This document shows, piece after piece, positions 11,940 to 24,739 of a stretch of 64,000 nucleotides of DNA. The DNA comes from Spironucleus salmonicida. Its lineage: Eukaryota. The position numbers were made by a program, and so were the translations under genes. The notes under the pieces were generated by a model. It saw only the letters and a list, made by a program, of their open reading frames with translations, did no database searches and was not told where the DNA came from. The stretch covers positions 1,426,001 to 1,490,000 of the forward strand of contig NC_090596.1 of the NCBI RefSeq assembly GCF_000497125.1, written 5' to 3'. Numbering within the stretch: the first letter of the stretch is position 1; each line of letters begins with the position of its first letter.

Positions 11940-14267
11940 TCACTCCACTTTGTAGCATAATTTAAACTATTCTCTGAGTTCCTTGCAATTCAGTTTTTTA
12001 ATTTCTGCAATTTTGAATAAAAACTCACAAATTGGTCCAGCTATGAAAAAGTCAAATCCAGAAGTTTATAGTTTGAAATCAACTTAAGTTGTCTCGATTT
12101 CTTAGCCACAAATTACACCCAATAAAACTTAACTAATGAAATATTTGAATGTAATACTAACATAAATAATATCTAATTTCATTAAATCTACTAGATAGCT
12201 TATAATTGGCTCTGATTTTACCGTAATTTCATTGAAACAGGTACGAATAATACAGGTAGTAAATGTTGCTAATAAGCCGAATTAGGTTCCAATATATTTT
12301 CCTACTTCTGGTACGAAAAGTTGACTAAAACTCTGACCGAATTCGCTTGAAAATTTACAAATATCATATTTTTGAAGGCTTTTAATAGGTTGTTTCGGTT
12401 TTTCTGCATTAAAAATGGGAATATTTACTTATTAAGTAAAAGTTTTATTTTCATAAAAATAAAGGCTGCTTTAACTCACAATTTCGTTATTTTAACTAAA
12501 AATTATAGTACCTGCATTTGGGCTGGTTCCCATTTCGTTGCCACAAACTCCTTCAAATAGTAAATTCGGTTTTTGTAGTTAATTTTTCGATGCAAAAATA
12601 AAGTTATAAGTAGATAGAATGGAATCTGAAAATATGCGAGAATAGGACAGCTAAAACGAAGATTTTGATTCTAACAATCTTGCTGCACCATAAGGGTTTG
12701 CTGCATTAATCAATGCATCAAAAGAATTATTGGCGATCTCATAACATTATTCTGATTTGTATAAACAGGCGCCGATAATCAATTATGGGAAATCGACTAT
12801 TGATTATTCATCAGTGTGGTTGATTAAATAAGTAGGCTTAAAAACTAACTGAGATAGTTTCTACGAATTGTTAAAAACTGATGTAAAAATTGTATCATAA
12901 ACATGTGGCGCGGACGTTAAATATAAATTGTGCGCTACTTGAATTTGTGCCAAATAATTTTGAGCTAATTTGTATTACGTTTCTTTATAAAATATCTAAT
13001 AAGCTACTTTTAAGCTAAATGCATTATGAGAATAATTTTCCTATAATTATTAGATTATTACCTCAATTTTATCTGCTTTATCTCTTAATAATTCTATTTT
13101 TCCAGTAGTTGAGTAATTAAGTAAAATTGCCGACTTCAAAAGTGAATCTACTTCTTAAAAATGATTATTTTATCTATCTAAAACTTCGATAATTTCCTCC
13201 ACAGTTAATATACTAAAAATTTTGGTAAATAAACAAATATCAATAGGTACAGTTATAGTGCTTTTAATGATAAAGTTGTATACTGCTTGCAACTATTCTA
13301 TAGAAGTAGAAGCACTTGTTATAATAGATAAGATATCAGATTATTATGGATTTTTTGTCAAGACAAAAGTAATAAATTTACCCCAAAAACTAATTTTGCT
13401 AATTAGTTTGACTGTCACTTCTTCATATGTCGCTGAAAAATTAATGATTGGGTCTACAAAGTCGATAAATCCAGTTTTATTAAATGCGACAATAAGATTT
13501 TCTAAAATAAGTTTTCTGTGTTCTTGTGGATTTTAAATAAAGCAAGTTAATAATAAATGCAGTCTAGGTGTCGTTTGTGCTATGCTTTTAGTCACAAACT
13601 CCTTATCGAACATTTCTTTAACAAATCTTACAATTTAACCAGGCTCGACTGATTTATTGCACAATATCATACCTAAAAACATGAAAATATTATTAAGAAT
13701 TTGAATCCCATGATCGCGATGAATCCGGTCGCCTATTTGCCCATTAATGTTCACGTTTTTCATGTCAGCATTTTAAATATTTTACCTCACCAAAAGCTCT
13801 ATAAATATCTTACTTTCGTTGAGAATAGCATCGATTTGAGCACTCTGGCGTTTACACATCTTTATAAAATTTTAGCTGAAACATATGCTTAAATTCTCCC
13901 TAATGGAAACCGCCTCATTTTTAGATTTAGTTTTATAACTATTTATAGATTTTTCGATAGGTTCAAGTTTTTGGCTGTCAAAATTTGCGAATTAAAGAGT
14001 TTAGTCAAAGTTGATTAGGTAAAGAAAATTGAGCTATGGAAGCGTCAAAATATCAAGTTGGGAAGATACTGTTTAAAGAGCGAACTTCTATGGGTCGATG
14101 CATTGGCGCGCATATGCGTACTGGCCAAGGTTAACATGCGCATATGCCTTTAGGGAGTTAAATTATGCTTTTTGACCTTCATTTTTAGCTGATAGAACTA
14201 ATTTTTCGATTAACATCAACGAATTTTCGTATTCCTTTGCGTCGAATGCTCTAAAGATTTTATCCAT
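11940..14267 (-). CDS. Large TPR/helical protein, possibly NatB auxiliary subunit NAA25/MDM20-like
   Basis: MDKIFRAFDAKEYENSLMLIEKLV...SLKAYAHVNLGQ...TLPQLNFLY resembles the NAA25 N-terminal TPR. 775 aa, ends GAG TGA. Family call tentative. Confidence 0.55.
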
Positions 14268-14339
14268 GAGATAAAAGAAGTGGTATGCCTTATACTTTAA
14301 TATCAATATAAAAATATATCTTAAGTTTCCATTTCTTTA

Positions 14340-15608
14340 ATGCCTCCCCCAGAACGCCTTGAGTCTGCTGATATTGACCCTTAAATATAACAAATACAAT
14401 AATTTATTAACGAAAATATAACTATTTATATGGTGAATTTTCCAGGAGCTGCCCTTGTAAATTTTCATATTCCCGAACTTGTAGCAGCACTTTAGTCTAC
14501 TAACTCATAAATTCTGTATCCTTATATATCCCCAATAGCATTTTTCACCACAACTGAACCTGACCTGAGAATAACCACCTTACTTTCCTCAATGTCCCTC
14601 ACCAAGCATTTTGGCAAAGTTTGCGCTATCTCAAATACACCTGAAGACTGTGTTTTGTAGTAAACAAAGTAAATTGTAGAATCTACCTATTACAAACAAG
14701 TAGAAGAACTAACCTTCAAGATGGTTGCGAACTTCATCGGAGATACTGACCAGGATATAGCGTAAAAAATTTAAATCCAAGAAGCTATTTACAATAAAGC
14801 GCAGTTTATGGCCCCAAAAGTCAACCTGAAAAGCTCAGATTTAAACTTCAACATCATCTACGACTACATCTCGGCGCCAACCAGATTTGTCTTCTCTATT
14901 TCGCGTAATGTGCCATTAAAACGAACGCAAATACAATCCAAGCTGGCACTCACCCGGAGGGCCTACCTGGGCCCCACCTCCATGGACGCCGAGCTCGCTG
15001 GCATCATGACGACGCTCGCAAACGTTAAAGCCGGTGATTTCGTCTGCGACCCCTTCTGTGGTACCTGCAGTATTTTGACCGCCTGTGCCAGTATAGGTGC
15101 AATCTGTATCGGAGGTGATTTCGACTACAAGGTCATCCGCGGTCGCAAGATGAAGAGCTACGTGGATAACTACCGGTAATACGGCTACAATCTGCCAGAA
15201 ATTTGCCAGCAGGATATTTTCCATCCCACCTTCAAGCCTGCCATTTTCGATGCCATCATTTGCGACCCACCGTACTGCATTCGTGCAACGGGTGGGAACG
15301 AGGCCATGAGCGATATCTATTTGGAGCTCATCAAATTCGCATCAAAAGGCCTTCAAATAGGCGGAAAACTCGTTTTTTGGATGCCAGTGCCGGTCGGGTT
15401 CGATCAGGGGAGGGAAATCTTCCTGGGTTGTGGATTCAAGTAAATTGGCGTATATCTATAGGAATTGACCCGAAAATACGGTAGAATTCTGGTCGAAATG
15501 GTCAAAACTGGAGATCTGGAATAGCATTTTGGGTTCAACGGTGTGTCGCATTTGGACTAACTGAGGGAACTCTTGGGTTTGAATAAGAGGAAGGTAGACG
15601 AGGTGTGA
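14340..15608 (+). CDS. TRM11: tRNA (guanine10-N2)-methyltransferase TRM11
   Basis: RAYLGPTSMDAELAGIM, DFVCDPFCGTCSIL, FDAIICDPPYCIRA. Confidence 0.9.
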
Positions 15609-16745
15609 CAGATTTATTTGTTGTATGAAGATTATAAATTATTTATTTAAGAGCACAATTTGGTTAAACCTTGCTAGAAATAATAGATATTGTAACTTAC
15701 ATTACTTAGGACTGATCTGATATTGAACCAAGTACTTATAGTAAGTAAAACAAGATTGCTTTTTTAATGTATAAAATAAGACTGTAGTATGATGTAAACA
15801 GTTTTCGTATAGATATTTTACTCTTGACCTAATTAATTGCAGTTAATGAAATTAATTTAATTTTTATAACATAAGGAAAAAGACAATTAACATTACTATA
15901 TTTACACGGAATAATATTTTTTTTCATATAAGTTGTCAGTCTTCTGAAAATAGTTAATTTTTTATAAAGTGATTACTGTTACTAAAATTAAAATATTTAA
16001 ATAAGATAATATAAATAAATGCTAACTTCTTGTTAATTAATCTGTATGTATATATTGTTCCTATTGATAAGATATCAAGCATATCATTACAGATTAAAAA
16101 TAAATTTTATTTTACAATATATAATATCTGAAAATTCTGATTTTTAAGATGTTGTATCAGATTAATTTATATATAAAAATACTACTACTACGCAATTACT
16201 AGTAGAGTATAGTTAAAGTAGATCATACTCATTGGTATTCTATTACTAGAATCTATATAATTTATTAATAATTTATATAAATAGGATTTCTAATCAGTAT
16301 CAACCATATAAGAGTAAATAATTCCTATATATACTATATCCTGTATAGTATTACGTAAAAAATAAGATGCAACGATTTTAAAGATATCTATAAATATTAA
16401 AATATTTCAAATTATAATAGTTCTTTAGTATTATATAAAAAATATTTTGAAACTAAAACGGATACGAATTCTAATAGTTTAAGCTACAATTAGTTAATAA
16501 ATATCAACTATAATCTTATTTAAGTAAATCTTATGTTAAATTAATATATTCCCAATAAAATATGCAGCTAAATGATACTAAAAGAATAAGTATTATAATT
16601 GAATTTTACAGATTTATTATTATTTGAATAAACCATTAGAATACTATTAACTAAACTTACATTATATTTCGGATGTCATCAGAAACTCTTAATAAGTATA
16701 TCCATAATATATAGTATATACTCAAGAATTATATTAAATTCTAAA

Positions 16746-17681
16746 ATGGGAAAGCAGAAGCCATCTTAGAAACCATATGAAGTGATGTTTATTGGAGTGG
16801 ATAATGCTGGAAAATCCACGATTATTAAATAAGCATGCGGTGATGAATCATTACTAGCATGTCATCCAACAATGGGCTGTGACTCTCGGATGTTTTGTCA
16901 CGAAATTGAGTCTAAGAAATGCAAACCAGTTTTTTAAAAGTTTTATCTAGTAGATTTAGGTGGACATAGCAGAATTAGAGATATCTGGTCCAGATATTAC
17001 CAAACATCAGTTGGTGTTGTTTTTGTTTTTGACGCAGCAGATGAGTCACGATTTAATGAGGTTCGAGAGACTTTTAACAATATCATAATGTAAAAAGAGT
17101 TAGAAAAAACTCCAATTTTAGTAATTGCTAATAAGTAAGACTTGGATGCCAAAATAAAAGATGAATTTGATTTTTTCAATACTTTTAAATTCAAATTAAA
17201 GGGAAAATACAAATTTGTTAGCGGAAGTGCAACTGATATTAATGATAAATCCATAAGAGCCGGTGTGCATTGGCTTTTTGATTAATGTATGGCAAATTCT
17301 TAGTTAATTTAGAATGCATAGAAAGCAGTAAAGGACCTTTAAAATGGAAATAAGTTTGCTGGTTTAACAGTAGAATAAAAGTTTGCATTGTAAGATCAAA
17401 TTGCTGCAAAAAATGACTAAATAGATATGGAAAAGAAGTTAGAGACTCAGAGATCAGAAGGTCTATTAGCAACATAATTGGATGTCACGCATTCAGGGAT
17501 TGAATTCCAAGAAGATCGTGTAAAAACACCTCATATTGGGGAAAAAAGTTATGTACAAACTCCAGATAAGTTAATTGGCCCTGACAGTAGTAGAGATAAC
17601 AAGATTAAGGACTTGGCTTCAAAAGTAGATGGTGAAACAAAACCTGTAAAAATTAAAAAATTATTACCAGGAGAGTTCTGA
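16746..17681 (+). CDS. ARL13B-like ciliary Arf-like GTPase
   Basis: GVDNAGKST; DLGGHSRIRDIW (no catalytic Gln, as in ARL13); ANKQD; C-terminal helical extension. Confidence 0.8.
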
Positions 17682-17759
17682 ACGAATAGGATTGTTATAA
17701 GAAATATTTATACTATATATTTATATTAAAGTATAATAATACAGTTACATAAATTGAGA

Positions 17760-18668
17760 ATGATTGTAATATATCATGATCAATAAATATCAATTCTAGA
17801 AAATGGATATTATAAGACTAATACCTCAGTATATAAATTTGTATTAAAATGTAAAGATTTAACCGAAGAATGTTTGTTATCTTCAGAAGTTTGAAATTAT
17901 TTCTAGGTTGATAGAACGTATCATGTATTAGATATTTTTGGTCCAGTCAATAATTAAATAAAAGTGTTATATAACTCTAAGTATATAGAAAACGATTATA
18001 CTTAGGAGTTCCTGCAGCGGGTGTTCCTCCGCTGCGTTTAGCTGAGGCTCACCTGCCCCGCCGCCGAGACCATCCTGGTCAGGCCCGCGGACTACCCATA
18101 CCTGGACGGTCTGGGCTTCCGGGATGTGGTGGTGCTTCCGGAGCTGTCCCTGTACCAGTACATCTCCAAGTTCCTGCTGGGCCAGCGGCTCGCCACCCTC
18201 CCGCCGTACCAGGTGCAGCTCGCACAGGCGTTCGCAACCGACCAGGTGCGCCTGCTCTCCTTCGAGCTGCAGCCCTGCCAGCTCGTGCCGGTGGTGCGCG
18301 CCGTCGCGGAGACGACCGAGGCGGCACTCACCCAGGCGCAGCTGGACGCCTTCTACCGCCCGGGGAGCGTGAGGCTCTACACCACCAACGCGCAGGTGCT
18401 GCTGCCCGGGCTGGCGCTGCAGGGCGCTGAGCTGGACATCATCCGCATGGAGGTGGAGGCACCCGGCAACGACAACGTGGCGGAGTACTGCGCCTTCCGC
18501 GAGGACTACTTCGCCCTCCAGGCAGCGCGGCTCCGCGGCCGCAGCGTCGCCACCCGGGCCGAGGCGCACGCGCAGTTCCTGGACATCATGCAGACCGCGG
18601 TAGTGTAGGTGGCGCAGGAGCCAGAGCGCGGGGAGGAGCAGTTCGGTGGCGAGAAGTCGGCGGAGTGA
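17760..18668 (+). pseudogene. Copy 2 of GC-core Arp-like family, in-frame TGA at 17892
   Basis: MIVIYHDQQISILENGYYK...LLSSEV*NYFQ...FGPVNN...TQEFLQRVFLRC, collinear with copy 3. The TGA sits at a position that is Gly in copies 1 and 3. Confidence 0.7.
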
Positions 18669-18773
18669 GACTAATCTACATTCCATATGGAATACATATC
18701 ATTCGAAATTCTTGACGAAAGAAGTGGTTTGGGCTTACCATTTTGGTCATATATTAGGCATAGTGGGCAAACA
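17995..18773 (+). repeat. GC-rich core repeat plus 3' flank, copy 2 (779 bp)
   Basis: Inverted repeat of 29908-30686; only two substitutions seen. Confidence 0.95.
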
Positions 18774-18777
18774 TAGA

Positions 18778-20994
18778 ATGGACAAGGAATAGGATCGACT
18801 TTGGATAGGATATGAAAAGCAGATAGGGCATGGAACATCTAGTAATCTAGACCAGTTTCTTTTAACTATTGAATATATGTAAGGTTATCAAGCATATGCT
18901 TTGTTGCTAACGCTTACAGACATAATTGCATTTTTTGTTAATCATTAGTTTCCTTCTGACTATGATCCAGGTAGTAATTCAATAACCACAGTATTTTTTA
19001 TATGCATTTCTATTAGTCATGCCTTACTACAAACGTTAGACCTTATTACAGTGGCTTCATTTGGTATTAAAAATTAGGTTTAATGGTTCAATATTTCATT
19101 TCTTCTTTATTTTTTCTCTGTATTTAGCTATTATGTTGTGGGAATATATTATTTTCTAACCGATATTTCTTATTATTAAGTCATAAAGCTGAGGTTGGGA
19201 TTTCTAACCATATTTCGTGGTTATGTAAGAGCCATATCAAGACGAAATAAAATGAGATTCAGTAAAGCTATTATAAAGTAATGTAAATAACATGCATTTG
19301 TACTGAATACAGTTTTTATCTTTAAATCTATAGCAGTTGTTATTTAATGTATATATGGTCCTATTTGTTTCCTTGTTGTTTGTATGGGTTTAATATTTTT
19401 ACTTAATATTTACTAATAAGATGCAAAAACTTTTGTTGATAGCCTTTATTTTATTGTTGTAACTATAGCAACGGTTGGTTATGGGGATGTAGTATTAGAA
19501 GGTTAGATAGGTAGATTAATGAATGTTTGCATAATTTTATTTGCTATAGGATATGCACCTTATGCAATTTCATATATAGTTAATCGACTACGTACAGAAT
19601 TTTCTAAATTATTTTTACAAAGAGCTATATTTGGAGGAGTAGTTGTGATAGGGAAAAAAGATATGGATACTTTTAAATGTTTACGGATTGTTCTACCACC
19701 AAATCAATCAATATAATTTCTAATATAAACTTCAGAAACTACATTAGAAGAAAATGAAGATGTTAGATTATTTGGTTAAATAAATTAGAAAGTAAATTAT
19801 CATTTTAAGGAATAATTTGATAGATAAGATTTAGCTTATTTAGCTGTAAATCAATCCATTTTAACAATTGTATTTTCAAAAGAAAATCCAGATAGTACAA
19901 TTGAAGAAGATGGATAAACTATATTCAATGCAGTTCAGCTGGCATAGGTTTTAGAAGAAGGTAATATTATGCTAATATTTTTACAACATAATTAATCAAT
20001 AGAAATATGCAGAGATACAATAAAACAGTATATTAAGCCTTAATAATTTTATATATACTCCATTGGTAAAGTAATGAGCCATTTGATTGCTGTTTCATCT
20101 TATTATAAAGGATTTTCTACTTTTTTCTACAATATGTTATTGCCTAACAGATGCTAGATTAATAAATAACCAATGAGGTAATTAAATTTAGTATAAAAAA
20201 GACTTGACAATCTGGTAAATCATTTACATTCTGACGAATATAATAAAAATAATGAAAAATTAGAGTTATTTGAATTTTATAATAAGTCTTGTGGAATTTC
20301 TTCAGAGTTAAAACATTATATTTTTAATGCAAAAAGGAATAACCAAAATAAATTAAAAGTTGAAACTCCTATATCACAATATTATAAAGGCGAAAAAGCG
20401 AAAATTCTTATTGTAGTGATAGGTAATATAAATCAGTGTCTATTTGACTAAACCATGGACAAATTCAATTTGGACGAGTTGGAAGTATATTTATTATTAC
20501 ATTAAGCTAATATACTGAAATTTGATTCTGCAATATCATACGATGGGGATATATTTAATCCTTAAACTTATAGAAAGGCAGACGCATCAGTATTAATTTT
20601 TATGGATGATAACAATGGCAGAGAAGTAATGTTGCAACATATTTTGGAATAAGCATAGGTTAATTACACATTTTGCTGTCAAGAGAGTATGTTAGAAATA
20701 TAGGATAAACTGAGGTTATATTAATCATAAAATTATATGCCTTTTGGTATGTCATCATTAATTTCGATTGCTGCAAAATAACCATTAGTTTTTTAAAAAG
20801 CATATTAATTTCTTAAAAGCTTTCAGTGTATGTAATATCAAATTTTAAGTTATAAAACTATTGAAATGTGGGAAGCAGTTCATTCACAAGAGTTTATAAT
20901 ATATATAATTCGAGATAATTGTGTAATTAATAGGTATGATAAATAATTTGATTTGTATAAAGGAGATACCATCACAGCAGTACGCACATAGTGA
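18778..20994 (+). CDS. Potassium channel, BK/Slo-like (6TM plus cytoplasmic RCK-like region)
   Basis: Multiple TM segments, S4-like KLRLGFLTIFRGYVR, pore SLYFIVVTIATVGYGDV, long C-terminal domain. Confidence 0.85.
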
Positions 20995-21316
20995 AATATT
21001 ATATAATATAATTAAATTAAAATATTTAGCAAACCACAACTAAGCTCAAGATAAAAATATATTTATATAAATTTTATATTAAAATCTTAAGGTATTCTTT
21101 TTGTGGATTACACCCTTTACTTATTCTTGAATTAGATTACAAAATATCTAAAATTATCTATAGACGCAGACTGTAATTAGGTCTTTAAAAAATGTTTATA
21201 TCTATATAGTTAGTATATATACTAATATGATGAGATTTTTTGTTTTTATACTCCCACTCTATTACATACTGGATTTTCCACTTCAAAATCCCACTCCAAT
21301 TTTTACCTTTCCCTTA

Positions 21317-22738
21317 ATGCTGGACGATCGAGCCTCACACTCGATTCTCTGGTGTCTTTAGCAAATGTTACCTTTGAACGAATTAGAGGGAATAACACGT
21401 ATAGAATCATCTAAACTTCAAGAAGCTCGCTAACTAGTTACAAAAGCTAATTTACAAGGAGAATTGGCAGATTAAAGATTAATTTTTGCATACAAATTGC
21501 TGTTATGGAACATAGATTCTATTATACAGATACCTAGTTAAGAAATGATGAAATCTTGTGGATTTTGTTCAAATTGGGTTAACATAGAAGGTTTTAATTC
21601 TAAAATTATTAACAGTTGTTAGTACATAGAATTTGTAGACTATTTTATTAATAATTTTCATATTATATTCCCACAAACTAAATTGGAACTACACAACTTG
21701 AAAAGTGTTTTAAAAAGTAGCGGAAAGTTCTATAAAGAGGTTTTGGATCGTCATGTTACGTTAGTTCTATTTTAGTTGTACCGAGAGAAACACTAGTCAT
21801 AATTTCTTATACATGATTTGAGCTCACGAATTAGTGAAAGCCTTATTCAGTTAAGTTATTCTAAATCACTTGATGATGTAAAAGAGAATTCTAATGATCT
21901 ATAGTAGCTACTTTTTGTAACAAAATAGTTTCTTGGTTTTATTAATAGAGCCAATGAAAGTAAAATAAATGTTGCTAGTATTGATTTTCAAGCTATAATA
22001 TAACTTTTACTTGAAAATATGTCAACAATTGTTTTATTTCCAGTAGAAAATTAACTATAGTAACACGATGAGATAGTCAATAGCTTTTTAACTATTACTG
22101 AAATGTTGATGGATATATTATATTCGGCCGCGTAAATGTAAAATTCATCATTTATGCCATGCTAAATGGAAAAAGATACTCCACAAGATTCGCAAATTAA
22201 TTACTTTTATTGCAGAAAGTCTGTCTTAGTATAAGTCCTTGATACATTTTCTGTTGTCATTTAATAATTTAAAGGAGATATCTATATACAAGATATCATC
22301 GTATTACTTTCTTCAAATTTTTAGGTGCTTGTCCATTAAATGTATTTAAGTCAATGGGCACACGTATCTAAATAGGACAAAGAAGTAGTAAAAGAGCTTT
22401 ATTGTGGATAATGCAAATTTATCCTCAAATTAGTTCAATAAAATAATTTAAATAATTATTTTATTATCATTTCATTCTTAGATCTTGCTTTATGTTTATT
22501 CTCATCTAAAGTAGTGTTCCTAGATAAGTTATTTATGGAAATTCTCATAAATATAATTATTTAGACAAAATAATCAGGCCTCATTTAGAAGTCTATTTCG
22601 ATTATAACTTTACTATTTAAATAGAAATGTGTAGTTTAGTATACACGCTCACATTTCAAATAATTTTAAGGTCAAATTAATTGCCCTTAGTCTGTTACAG
22701 ACATGATATGCGCAATCTAGTAGGTTGTGTTTATCTGA
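21317..22738 (+). CDS. Hypothetical helical-repeat protein
   Basis: Long open frame MLDDRASHSILWCLQQM...; alternative in-frame ATG at 21227. Confidence 0.65.
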
Positions 22739-22821
22739 TAACCTATATAAAAAAATGAATTTATTAATTTTATTAGCTTCTGTATATTTATTATTATATT
22801 TCCGCCCGCTTCATCCAAAAA

Positions 22822-23592
22822 ATGAAAAGAATATACTATAAAAAACCCATTGAAACGTTTGAAGTTGACACGGAGATTATACCTAAAACTCCAAAAAATC
22901 TTTTATATATACTACCTGATTCATCTTTATCTTTGTCATTAGACTTATATCGTGGAACACCATCTGATGTCCCATAAATTGCAGCATTTGAATTTATATT
23001 AAAAGATGTTAACTATTTTTTCGAAAAACCAGATGACTTATAAGTCCAATTAATTCATAAAAATAGACCTATAGCCTTTTAAACCCGGGATGTCTTCAAA
23101 GACAACGTATATTTGAAGACTTTCGCTATGGAGAAAATTGGAGTGGAAGAAGGTCCACAGAGATTAATTTTTGTGAGTGCATAGAATAATTATTAACTGA
23201 ACTAGGTAGTTTTCTAACTTTAGTACGCACGGTTTGATAAAATTGTTCTTTCAACATCCAGCAAAATTAGAATGGGAAAGAAAATTAATGTGTAAAAAGT
23301 AAAAAACGAGGCAGAAATTTACGGAATATCGCGATTTAGAGGTGGGGTAATCAAGTTCAATAGAGGTTTTACAGTTGATATTCTAAGTCCAAACCTAGAT
23401 CGGATTGTTGGTCAAGCCACATTTTTTGCCCGAAAATTCCAAATAGATGAATCTGTAGATCCATATTGCATGCATAAAGTCATGCCATGGAGTCCAGATC
23501 CGAGAATGACACTAGTTAGTGGACGACTTAGAGAAGCCCAGGTTTAGACATATGATTTTGTGGATGCGGACGGGGCAATTGTAGAGCTTTGA
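22822..23592 (+). CDS. Hypothetical protein (256 aa); N-terminal signal anchor possibly out of frame
   Basis: MKRIYYKKPIETFEVD...DADGAIVEL*. Confidence 0.65.
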
Positions 23593-23632
23593 GGAAAGTT
23601 CGTAAATTTTGCATCCAGCGAGATCGTAGAAA

Positions 23633-24310
23633 ATGGTACTGATTAATGATTGGATATTCTATGTTGCTATTATTAGCTATGTTTCAATATTGTATATTTT
23701 ACCTTGTTTTGTATACTATATTATTATAAGGAGAAATGAAAAATAGTTAATAAAGTTTCTCAGTTTTTTAGGTTTCCTCATCCTTTATATAATAACTAAT
23801 TATTAACATGGTGATATAAATTGTATAGTATTCTAAGCAATATAAGCTTAAATAATTATTATCGAACTCTGTTTATTTCTTCCTGCAAATACTGAGATAG
23901 AACATTTTAGTTTTACAATGGTTGTTAGTATAATGAGTATAAGTTTGAATATTCTGATTACAGGATATTCAAGAATAAAACGAGGATAATTCTCAGTAAC
24001 GGCTTTAGGATACTACACTGTTATAATAATAGCTATGTATGCGAGTTTACCATTTATTGAATACCATAACTACTAATTATAGTTTATTCATATGAATGGC
24101 TTCACTAAAATAAAATTATCTTTATAATTATTCCTTATGATACTTCGAATGTTAATACTTGTTTAGTTTAAACTATTTAACTGGAAAGATAAAAACGCAA
24201 AAAAATTTTTCGAAACTATACCTAAGGAAGCACCAGATTTTGAATAATTTGCCAACGATGATTAGATTGTGATTAGATATAATCAGGACCAAGCAAATTT
24301 TAGATCTTGA
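23633..24310 (+). CDS. Multi-pass transmembrane hypothetical protein
   Basis: MVLINDWIFYVAIISYVSILYILPCFVYYIII...; several hydrophobic segments. Confidence 0.6.
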
Positions 24311-24403
24311 TTTTATGAATCAAAAAATCATTTTAATTTTTAATCATTAATTTATATATTAATTTAATTTGCATTATAACTTTAAGTAAATTAATATTTA
24401 AAA

Positions 24404-24739
24404 ATGTCACTAAACTATGTTATTAAAAATTCTACCTAAAATGAAATAGTAAAGAACCTTAACTAGCTAGTGAGACAATTAAGTAATGAAAATTTGATTC
24501 GTTTCGATCGATCTAAATTTAACGACTTATTTTATTTTTTGTAACTTTTTTTCGAGGAAAAGTTCCACACCAAATTCACAATATCAGGCCCCTTTACTGA
24601 TAAAAAATTCATAAGAAATTTCACTAAGGAACTCAAGGCGGTCTCCAAATAACTCAACTTTAACACGTCTTGGGATGAGGAGAAAATAAACGAATACGAG
24701 GAGTCATTTCTATTGTTTCTAGAGGGAATCAACCAGTGA
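24404..24739 (+). CDS. Hypothetical protein (111 aa)
   Basis: MSLNYVIKNSTQNEIVKNLNQLVRQ...FLEGINQ; ends CAG TGA. Confidence 0.6.

Noticed and set aside
14108-14148. Two GCGCATATGC palindromic motifs
   Set aside because: They lie inside a CDS and encode Ala-Tyr-Ala twice; no evidence of a cis element.
15650-16740. AT-rich stretch with a possible ORF from 16019
   Set aside because: With one stop codon, open frames arise by chance. Composition is not protein-like and no motif was found.
17892-17894. Selenocysteine at the in-frame TGA
   Set aside because: The position aligns with Gly, not Cys, in both paralogs, and no redox motif or evident SECIS is present.
17967-18686. Antisense ~240-aa ORFs (MECRLVSLRR...) over the GC cores, also at 29995 and 10911
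   Set aside because: Expected by-product of extreme GC3 on the sense strand; no homology continues into the flanks.
18687-18815. ATG 18687 as the K+ channel start
   Set aside because: It is out of frame with the pore region and stops after 42 codons; ATG 18778 is in frame.
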